IMG/VR virus record: IMGVR_UViG_3300034682_000455
Location: 1 to 53,142 of that record
Source: a virus
Lineage: Duplodnaviria; Caudoviricetes
Reading direction: 5' to 3' (one strand)
DNA: 53,142 nucleotides
Shown here: positions 44,296 through 51,423 of the stretch, in pieces
How positions within the stretch are numbered: the stretch's first letter is position 1
How the letters are laid out: each line of letters opens with the position of its first letter
Notes under the pieces: generated by a model
What the model was told of the DNA's origin: nothing
Seen by the model: only the letters and a program-made list of their open reading frames with translations
Databases searched by the model: none
Translations under genes and position numbers: made by a program

Positions 44296-45464
44296 CACTC
44301 AAGAAATTCACCGGCATCAACAACGTGATGCCCCTGGCCCGCCAGGGCAAAACCGAGCTGGCCAGCGCCCGCAATGTGGAAATCGGTCTGAGCGAGGAAG
44401 TCCGCCGCCGAGCAGGTTATGTGCGCCTGGATGACAACTGCCACAAGAATTTGTGGCAATCGCCGCATTTCATGCTCTTTACCTGTGGTGGCGACCTCAC
44501 AGCCCTGCACCCGGACGGTACCCGCGCGCTGCTGTATCCGGCGCTGGGCATGGTCCGGGTCTGGTACTGCGACCTGCCCGATGGCCGGGTGGGTTTCAGC
44601 AACGGGCTGATCTGCGGCATCACCGATGGGCGCAGCTGCATGCCCTGGGGCGTGCCGCTGCCCCAGCAGGCGGGGCAGGCCCAGGCCGTGGCCGGCGGGC
44701 TGGATGCCGGCACCTACCTGTATGCCCTGGCCCATGTGCGTGACAGCGACGGGCTGGAGGGCGGGGCGGTGCTGGGCGGCCAGGTCGAGGTGCCCCAGGG
44801 CGGCGGCATCCTGATCCAAGGCCTGGCGGTCGAGCCCGGCCACGGCACCCAGGTCTACCTGTCCAGTCCCAACGGCAGCCAGCTGTTCCTGGCAGGCTTC
44901 ACCCCCGGCGGGGCCTTCAGCTTCCTGGGCACGGCCGACAACCTGACCGTGCCCTGCCGCACCGAGCACCTGATGCCGGCCATGCCCGGGCGCCTGATGA
45001 CCTGGTGGAACGGCCGCGTGCTGGTGGCCGATGGCAGCGTGCTGCGCGCCTCCATGCCCTTCCAGCCCGAGCTGTTCAATGGCCTGGGCGACTTCTACCA
45101 GTTCACCGCGCCCATCACCGCCGTGCAGCCGGTGGACGATGGCGTGTGGGTGGGCACCGAGCGTGAGCTGGCATTCCTGGCCGGCAGCAGCTTTGACGGT
45201 TTGGCCTACCGCAATGTCAGCAACGAGGGCGTGGTGCTGGGCTCGGGCGTGAGCGTGCCGGGCGACATGGTGGGCTTGGGTGATGGCGGGCGCGGCTCGG
45301 GCACCGCCATGCTGTGCATCCTGGGCGGCAGCATCACCGCCGGCCTCAACAGTGGCACCCTGCGCCGCATCACCCAGGGCCGCTACCAGACGGCCGCGCG
45401 CGAAGTGGCCGCCACGTTCCGGCTTGAAAACGGGGTGCCCCAGTACCTGGCCGTGGAGCAGTGA
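44289..45464 (+). CDS. Putative tail nozzle/tube protein
   Basis: F.GINN...L..ARNV......RRAGY N-terminus typical of podovirus nozzle proteins; beta-rich. Confidence 0.65.
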   Translation: MLTLKKFTGINNVMPLARQGKTELASARNVEIGLSEEVRRRAGYVRLDDNCHKNLWQSPHFMLFTCGGDLTALHPDGTRALLYPALGMVRVWYCDLPDGRVGFSNGLICGITDGRSCMPWGVPLPQQAGQAQAVAGGLDAGTYLYALAHVRDSDGLEGGAVLGGQVEVPQGGGILIQGLAVEPGHGTQVYLSSPNGSQLFLAGFTPGGAFSFLGTADNLTVPCRTEHLMPAMPGRLMTWWNGRVLVADGSVLRASMPFQPELFNGLGDFYQFTAPITAVQPVDDGVWVGTERELAFLAGSSFDGLAYRNVSNEGVVLGSGVSVPGDMVGLGDGGRGSGTAMLCILGGSITAGLNSGTLRRITQGRYQTAAREVAATFRLENGVPQYLAVEQ

Positions 45465-47545
45465 TGCTGAACAACCCGTTCTGGCTCCAGCTCGATGGCA
45501 CCCCGACCGAGGCGCGCCCCCCGGCGGCCCTGCGCGTGCTGCAGCGGCCGATTTCCAAGGCGCAGCTGGCCGGCGTGCAGCACCTGTATGGCCTGTTCGC
45601 TGCGCAGATGCGCCTGTCGGTGGCCCCCGGCCAGCAGTGGGAGCGCTTCTTGCCGGATGGCACGCGGGTGCTGCTGCGCTCGCATCGCGGGAAGGACGAG
45701 GTGCTGGTGTGGCCAGCGGACGGCGATAAAGACGAGCATGTATGGTTCTTTGCGCCGTACAACCGACTGCTTACTTTCAGCAATGTGCAAAAGCAGGGCT
45801 CGGTGCGCCGCTCAGACAGAAGTGTTCGCAGCGTTCAGTCCTTGGACGGGGTGCTGTCCTCTTGGGAAGTCGTCGTCGGCACTGGCACCGTCAACAACGC
45901 GAAGCTATCGAAGTTGGCGCGGACCGAGAAAGAGCAAGCCACCGGGTACACCCACGTTAAGGCGTGGTCACACAATGGGGAGGACAAATGGCGCTACCTT
46001 CCCGGACTGGTGGATAAAAGGAATGTGTATCTAGGCACGTACCTGCATGGCAAGGTGAGCGCCAACGCAACAACGGGGCAGACTATTTCTGTAACCGGCG
46101 CCGCGCCCGTAGTCATCCCAGGCACGCGCCAGCGGCTGATGACGCCAAACACCAATTTGATCGCCTTGCCGGGACTGCCAGCGCCCAAGCCGCCTACCCA
46201 GTTGCTGGCTGCGCCCGTGGGCTTGCGCAATAAGGCCATCGTGTACGGCACCTCTCGGATGTATGACACGCTGACCAACACTGCGATTGGTGTTGGCATC
46301 CACCCTTACGCGCCAAACCTGCATGACCCACTTGGCAAGCGCGCATTGTTCATCGTGGAATGTGCGATTGAAGGCACGGCCCCCTATGCGAACTTGAACC
46401 CGGGTGGCGCGGCGTCTGTGGCCGGGACGAGCTACCACGACTATGCGGTGGTGCGTGTGCGCAGGCAGAACCCCAACAAGGCGCCTAAGACAAGCGTTCT
46501 TTTCGCGGGCAAGCTGGAATTTGTGTGCAACGCGCGCACCGCTTGGGTCTATTTCGCGCGGTATGTGACCTTCTCACCGGACGGCTCCAAGGTGTGCGTG
46601 GCCATCCACATGTACGCCGACTGGCAGCTGGCTGCGCGTGCGCACACCCTGCAAGACATTCGGGACAGCCTTGGCGTGGCTGCAGCGTGGGAGTTCACGC
46701 TATCGGGCGGCACTCAAAAAGACTGGCCGACGAGCCAGATGCGGCAGGTGGTCAGCCCGAGCGACCACAAGACAACTACCACTGTGGTGCAGCCCAAGCA
46801 GGTCTATTTTCGGGAGGCATCCGTATCGGAGGGGACCAGTACCATCACGGCGTATGGACCTAACGACGAGTATTTAAACGGCCAGTCGCGGTATTACGGG
46901 TCACAGAGCTTTGCCTATGTAGATCGGCTGACGGACGACTTTGTATCGGTGGTGGAGGAAAAACCACTGATGGCGGAGTACGGCAAAGACAGCACGCTCA
47001 AGGTCATCACAAACCGCATCACCCAGCAGACGGAGCTGACTGACCTCAAGCCCTACACGACCAAGCCCGCCTTTGTGGAGTATGACTGCATTTTGGGTGT
47101 GTCGTGGTACGTGCGGCCACCGGACTTTGTGGAGAGCTACGACTACTCGTTTGAGCAGAGCATCGAGCGAAGCATTCTGAGCAACGGCGCCCCGGTCTAT
47201 AGCGCCAAAACAACCCGGACTTATCGCCGGGGGGTGAAGGGCACCTTCACAGCTTCGCTGACGAATCCGCCGTGGACGGCCACTTACGAGTACCTTGATT
47301 ACACGCAGCCCCAGGCACTACCTACCGCCGATTCATTCAGGACAGTGCCCTTGGGCTCCAACAACACATTCATTGTGCTGGGGATGGCCAGATCGGGCGA
47401 TGGGCAGAACACGCGATTGATGGCCGTGGATCAGGTGCTAACAACGCTGGATGTGCTGCCCAAGGATTCCACGGGGCGCTATTGGTATTCGTGGAACCCC
47501 ATCACCGACGAAATTTCTTCCGGGGAGGGCACCGCTTGGTGCTGA
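45461..47545 (+). CDS. Putative receptor-binding tail protein (694 aa)
   Basis: GC-rich first ~90 codons, then a lower-GC Thr/Ser/Tyr-rich body; tail operon. Confidence 0.6.
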   Translation: MMLNNPFWLQLDGTPTEARPPAALRVLQRPISKAQLAGVQHLYGLFAAQMRLSVAPGQQWERFLPDGTRVLLRSHRGKDEVLVWPADGDKDEHVWFFAPYNRLLTFSNVQKQGSVRRSDRSVRSVQSLDGVLSSWEVVVGTGTVNNAKLSKLARTEKEQATGYTHVKAWSHNGEDKWRYLPGLVDKRNVYLGTYLHGKVSANATTGQTISVTGAAPVVIPGTRQRLMTPNTNLIALPGLPAPKPPTQLLAAPVGLRNKAIVYGTSRMYDTLTNTAIGVGIHPYAPNLHDPLGKRALFIVECAIEGTAPYANLNPGGAASVAGTSYHDYAVVRVRRQNPNKAPKTSVLFAGKLEFVCNARTAWVYFARYVTFSPDGSKVCVAIHMYADWQLAARAHTLQDIRDSLGVAAAWEFTLSGGTQKDWPTSQMRQVVSPSDHKTTTTVVQPKQVYFREASVSEGTSTITAYGPNDEYLNGQSRYYGSQSFAYVDRLTDDFVSVVEEKPLMAEYGKDSTLKVITNRITQQTELTDLKPYTTKPAFVEYDCILGVSWYVRPPDFVESYDYSFEQSIERSILSNGAPVYSAKTTRTYRRGVKGTFTASLTNPPWTATYEYLDYTQPQALPTADSFRTVPLGSNNTFIVLGMARSGDGQNTRLMAVDQVLTTLDVLPKDSTGRYWYSWNPITDEISSGEGTAWC

Positions 47546-47551
47546 ACTGAT

Positions 47552-47986
47552 ATGACCACCATCTGCATGAACACCCTCAATGGGGCAGTCACCGAGTTTG
47601 ACTGGAATTTTCAAAGCATCACCCCCACGCACGCCGGCGATGTGACCGGCCTGTATGCGCTGGGCGGCGATACCGATGCGGGCCGGCCGATTGACGCCAG
47701 CTTTATGACGCCATTGCTGCAGTGGCAGAGCAGCCTGCGCAAAGCCATGAGCGCGGTCTATTTCTCCATGTCCGGAGCGGGCGTGGGCAACTTGCATGTG
47801 CACGGCAAGGTGGGCCAGTGGGCCTATCCCTTCGCGGTGCGCGCTTCGGAGGTGTCCCGGGCTTCGCCGGGCCGCGGCATCTGCGAAAGCTACCTGGCCT
47901 TCGGCTTCAGCAACAAGGAAGGCGCGGCCTTCTCGATTGATGCCGTCGAGGTGGCCACCGTGGCATCCAACAACCGGAGGATCTGA
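47552..47986 (+). CDS. Tail-module hypothetical protein (144 aa)
   Basis: MNTLNGAVTE..., GRG....YL.F motifs; operon context. Confidence 0.7.
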   Translation: MTTICMNTLNGAVTEFDWNFQSITPTHAGDVTGLYALGGDTDAGRPIDASFMTPLLQWQSSLRKAMSAVYFSMSGAGVGNLHVHGKVGQWAYPFAVRASEVSRASPGRGICESYLAFGFSNKEGAAFSIDAVEVATVASNNRRI

Positions 47987-47988
47987 AC

Positions 47989-49830
47989 ATGGCAACCAAC
48001 CCCCAAGACCTGCAAAGCGCGGCCGAGCTGGTCAACAGCACGTTTGCGCTGGCCAAGGACTATGCTGACGCGGCAGAGGCCAAGCTGACCACCTTCACCC
48101 AGGCCCTGGAAACGTCGATCTACGCGCCGCCCACGCTGAGTGTGACCTGGCAGACCATGGCACCGCCCACGCTGGAGCAAGCACCCGCGGCGCCGGCCAT
48201 GCCCAACATCGCCTACAACCCGGCGAACGTGGGGGGCACGCCCGCACCATTGGCCGAGGCCATCCCCGACATTGACATTCCCGAGTTCACGGACACCCTG
48301 CCGCCGCTGGTCTTTCCGGCCGCGCCGGCGATCAATTACGGGGTGGTGCCCACCGTCCCCGCGGTGGGCAATGTGCCGGTGCCCGCCGCCCCGAGCGTCA
48401 GCATGCCGGGCGCGCCCACGTTCCTGGAGCTCAAAGCCGTGGCTTTCAGCGGGGTGAATCTGCGCGAAGACTGGCTGGACAAGCTGCAAGACGCCCCCCA
48501 GCTGGAAATCCTGGCCCCCACGCCCTACAGCTACCAGCGGGGCCCCGAGTACGCATCGCAGCTGCTGGACAACCTGAAGGCGGTGCTCAACCGCCGCATC
48601 GCCGGCGGCAGCGGCCTGGCCCCGGCCGTGGAGCAGGCCCTGTGGGCGCGGGCCCGTGACCGCGAGGCCGCCATTGCCCGCACCGGGGAAACCGAGGTGC
48701 TGCGCTTGCATGAGGCCCGGGGCTTTGTGCTGCCCAGCGGGGTGATGGCCGAGCAGCTGCGCCAGGCCAACCGCGACTACCTGGGCAAGCTCAGTGACTT
48801 GAGCCGCGACATTTCGATCAAGCAGGCCGAGCTGGAGCAGCAGAACCTGCGCGAAGCGATTGCCCAGGGCATGCAGCTGGAGGCCCAGCTGATGGACTAC
48901 AGCTGGAAGATCGAGCAGCAGACGTTTGAAGCCGCCCGCCTGATGGCCGAGAACGCGATTGCGGTGCACAACGCGCAGCTCGAGCAGTTCAAGGCGCTGC
49001 TGCAGGGCTACGAATCGTATGCCAGCGTCTACAAGACCATCATCGAAAGCCAGCTGGCCAAGGTCGAGGTCTACAAGGCCCAGCTGGCGGCCGAGCAGTC
49101 CAAGGCGGACATCAACCGCTCCCTGGTCGAGCGCTACAAGGTGCAGATCGAGGCCGGCATGGCCGAGGTCGAGATTTACCGCGCCCAGGTGGCCGCAGCG
49201 CAGACCCTGGTGCAGCTGGAGCAAGCCAAGATCGGCGCCGCCGGCGAGCAGGTGCGCGCCTATGTGGCGCAGATGAACGCCGAGACTGCCAAGATGGAAA
49301 TCTACAAGTCGGGCGTGCAGGCGGAAGCCACCAAGGTGGAGGTGTTCAAGGCCCGCGGGGCGGTGTATTCCACCCAGGTGCAGGCCCAGGCTGAGAAGTC
49401 GCGCGCCCTGGTGTCGCGCTTTCAGGCGCTGGCCCAGGCCAAAAGCTCCGAGTGGGAGGGCTACCGTGCCCGGGTGGCGGCTGAAGGCCTGCGCCTGGAT
49501 GCGCTGGGCAAGCAGTCGGCGGCCATGCTGGACGCCTACCGGGTGGCGAATGCGGCCATCCAGTCCAAGGCCGAGCTGCAAACCAAGGTGTGGGAAACCA
49601 GCATGCGCCAGTACGAGGCCGGCATCCAGGTGTCGCTGCAGACCGCGCGCATGAACAACGAGGCCGTGATCGCCGCCAACAACGCCCGCGCCGACGCGGC
49701 CAAGGTCGGCACCCAGGTGTTTGCCCAGCTGACGGCATCGGCCATGAACATGATGCACACCAGCGCCGGGATCTCGGGTTCTGCCAGCCGCAACGAGAGC
49801 CACAGCTACAGCTACGAGGGCACATCCTGA
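47989..49830 (+). CDS. Virion protein with Pro-rich N-terminus and long coiled coil (613 aa)
   Basis: GGAGG RBS; ARGF.LPSG motif; repeated V..Y.AQ heptads. Confidence 0.75.
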   Translation: MATNPQDLQSAAELVNSTFALAKDYADAAEAKLTTFTQALETSIYAPPTLSVTWQTMAPPTLEQAPAAPAMPNIAYNPANVGGTPAPLAEAIPDIDIPEFTDTLPPLVFPAAPAINYGVVPTVPAVGNVPVPAAPSVSMPGAPTFLELKAVAFSGVNLREDWLDKLQDAPQLEILAPTPYSYQRGPEYASQLLDNLKAVLNRRIAGGSGLAPAVEQALWARARDREAAIARTGETEVLRLHEARGFVLPSGVMAEQLRQANRDYLGKLSDLSRDISIKQAELEQQNLREAIAQGMQLEAQLMDYSWKIEQQTFEAARLMAENAIAVHNAQLEQFKALLQGYESYASVYKTIIESQLAKVEVYKAQLAAEQSKADINRSLVERYKVQIEAGMAEVEIYRAQVAAAQTLVQLEQAKIGAAGEQVRAYVAQMNAETAKMEIYKSGVQAEATKVEVFKARGAVYSTQVQAQAEKSRALVSRFQALAQAKSSEWEGYRARVAAEGLRLDALGKQSAAMLDAYRVANAAIQSKAELQTKVWETSMRQYEAGIQVSLQTARMNNEAVIAANNARADAAKVGTQVFAQLTASAMNMMHTSAGISGSASRNESHSYSYEGTS

Positions 49831-49838
49831 CCGTGTGA

Positions 49839-49880
49839 CCCCGGCTAGGGTTATGCGTTTGCCACCCTGGCCGAGACACT
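49839..49880 (+). promoter_or_regulatory. Putative late promoter 7 (lysis cassette)
   Basis: CCCCGGCTAGGGTTAT then GACACT, T at +35. Confidence 0.7.
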
Positions 49881-49911
49881 GCCCCCCAGAAGGCAGTCCA
49901 CCCCCCAACCG

Positions 49912-49932
49912 CCGCCTTCGGGCGGTTTTTTT
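49912..49932 (+). terminator. Terminator-like hairpin in the lysis leader
   Basis: CCGCC-TTCG-GGCGG plus T7. Confidence 0.7.
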
Positions 49933-49945
49933 ACGCCCGAACACC

Positions 49946-50212
49946 ATGAAAGTCGAAACAGCCATCGAAGCCGCCAACGCCGCAGCCATCGGCAGCAAAA
50001 CCACCCTGGCGGGATCTGCAACGGCAGGTGTGGGCTGGGCCACCTCCAGCGCGTTCTTTGGCTGGGTGGGTGTGATCATCGCGCTGCTGGGCCTGGGGGT
50101 GAACTACTACTTTCGGCGCAAGGAGCACGAGCTGCGCTTGCGCGATGACGCGCGCAAGGAGGCCGAGCACCTGGCGCGCATGCAAGCCATTCAGGGAGGG
50201 TGCGATGTCTAG
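49946..50212 (+). CDS. Holin
   Basis: 88 aa; TM span then VNYYFRRKE basic tail; overlaps the endolysin start. Confidence 0.82.
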   Translation: MKVETAIEAANAAAIGSKTTLAGSATAGVGWATSSAFFGWVGVIIALLGLGVNYYFRRKEHELRLRDDARKEAEHLARMQAIQGGCDV

Positions 50213-50675
50213 CAAAGCCAAACTGATCGCCGCCATCGGCGCGGCCGCCACCGCGCTGGTCGTGCCGCTGGTGGCTAAGTACGAGGGCACCGTGCTGCGC
50301 ACCTACCGCGACCCCATCGGCATCATCACCGCGTGCACCGGCCACACCGGGCCTGCGCTGCGCATGGGTCAGACCTTCACCCGCCAGCAGTGCGAGGTCC
50401 TGCTGTACCAGGACTTGGCCCAGCACGCCGATGCCCTGGGCTGTATCCGCCAGCCGCTGACAGACGGCCAGCGCGCCGCCTTCCTCAGCTTTGCCTTCAA
50501 CGTGGGGGAGGGTGCGTTTTGCCAATCCACCCTGGTGCGCAAGGCGAATGCGGGCGACCTGCAGGGCGCGTGCGCAGAGCTGAGCCGCTGGACCTATGCC
50601 GGTGGCCAGCAGCTGCCCGGCCTGGTACAACGCCGCGCGGCAGAGCGCCAGCTGTGCGAAGGGGGGCTGGCATGA
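50205..50675 (+). CDS. SAR endolysin, GH24 lysozyme
   Basis: Ala-rich N-terminal anchor; EG......YRD..G..T.C.GHT catalytic E-D-T triad; LPGLVQRR..E..LC. Confidence 0.95.
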   Translation: MSSKAKLIAAIGAAATALVVPLVAKYEGTVLRTYRDPIGIITACTGHTGPALRMGQTFTRQQCEVLLYQDLAQHADALGCIRQPLTDGQRAAFLSFAFNVGEGAFCQSTLVRKANAGDLQGACAELSRWTYAGGQQLPGLVQRRAAERQLCEGGLA

Positions 50676-51160
50676 GTGCCCGGGCCCTGGCGGCCGCCGT
50701 GGGCGCGGCCTTGGTGTTTGGGGCGGGCTGGGTGGCCAACGGCTGGCGCCTGGATGGTCAGCACGCCGCAGAGCTGGCACAGCGTGACCGTCAGGCCCTG
50801 GCCGTGGCCGAGCAGGTCATGGCCATCGGGCGCGCAGCGAATGCCGCCATCTCAACCGCAGACGCGAAAGCTTGGAAAGGACTGGAAGATGACAAGAAAG
50901 AGCTACGCCGCCTGCGCGGTTGTGTCGCTGATGGCACTTGCGGGGTGCGCCTCATCGCCGGCCAAAGTGATCACGGGCCCAGCAATCCAGGCGCCGGCAG
51001 CGTGGGCCATGACACCGTCGAACTCGATCCAGACGTACAACGCCGTGTTCTCGAACACCGAGAAGCTATCGGGGAAGACGCCAAAAAATTAGAGTACCTG
51101 CAGGCGTATGCGTTGCAGTGCTGGCGGGCCATCAACGGTGAGGATGGACCTACTCGGTAA
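50672..51160 (+). CDS. rz: Rz-like inner-membrane spanin
   Basis: N-terminal TM (AGW.ANGWRL), coiled coil, LQAY C-terminus. Confidence 0.85.
   Translation: MSARALAAAVGAALVFGAGWVANGWRLDGQHAAELAQRDRQALAVAEQVMAIGRAANAAISTADAKAWKGLEDDKKELRRLRGCVADGTCGVRLIAGQSDHGPSNPGAGSVGHDTVELDPDVQRRVLEHREAIGEDAKKLEYLQAYALQCWRAINGEDGPTR
50889..51092 (+). CDS. rz1: Rz1-like outer-membrane lipoprotein spanin, embedded in Rz
   Basis: +1 frame inside Rz; lipobox LAGC; P.AWAM.P motif. Confidence 0.85.
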   Translation: MTRKSYAACAVVSLMALAGCASSPAKVITGPAIQAPAAWAMTPSNSIQTYNAVFSNTEKLSGKTPKN

Positions 51161-51171
51161 TTGGCTTCGCT

Positions 51172-51195
51172 GAATGCAAACGACCCGAAACGGTC
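51172..51195 (-). repeat. 24-nt cargo-border element, copy E
   Basis: GACCGTTTCGGGTCGTTTGCATTC on the minus strand, 11 nt after the Rz stop; a looser copy at 51219-51243. Confidence 0.5.
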
Positions 51196-51423
51196 CTTTG
51201 AAGCTGCGGTTTCCGATCGTCTGTTGGCTGGCCGTATCCGAACGTCGACAATCCGTGCTCCGCACTGCCAGCACCCACCCTCAAAGCACCTACCGCATTT
51301 GGGATATGGGCGAAGCAATCGTAGCGGAATCAGGTCGCTTCTGATACGGGATATTGCGCCACGAAGAGGTCGGCTCATCCGTACTGAGCGGTTTGGTGCC
51401 GCTCACCGGTTTGACCAAGACAA

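Larger units (their letters stand above)
1..51160. mobile_element. Temperate prophage (lambdoid control region, podovirus-type virion genes); boundaries lie at or beyond the window edges
   Basis: Canonical order integrase-xis-recombination-cI/cro-replication-terminase-portal-capsid-tail-lysis; no tape-measure or sheath gene recognised. Confidence 0.97.

Noticed and set aside
42264-47545. Diversity-generating retroelement or invertible tail-fibre switch
   Set aside because: No reverse transcriptase, TR/VR repeat pair or invertase seen
47890-50079. 729-aa minus-strand ORF, and similar long antisense ORFs at 6863-8668, 21300-22943, 24828-26390, 31680-33584, 34479-36092 and 37284-38870
   Set aside because: Antisense shadows of high-GC genes that have clear motifs on the other strand
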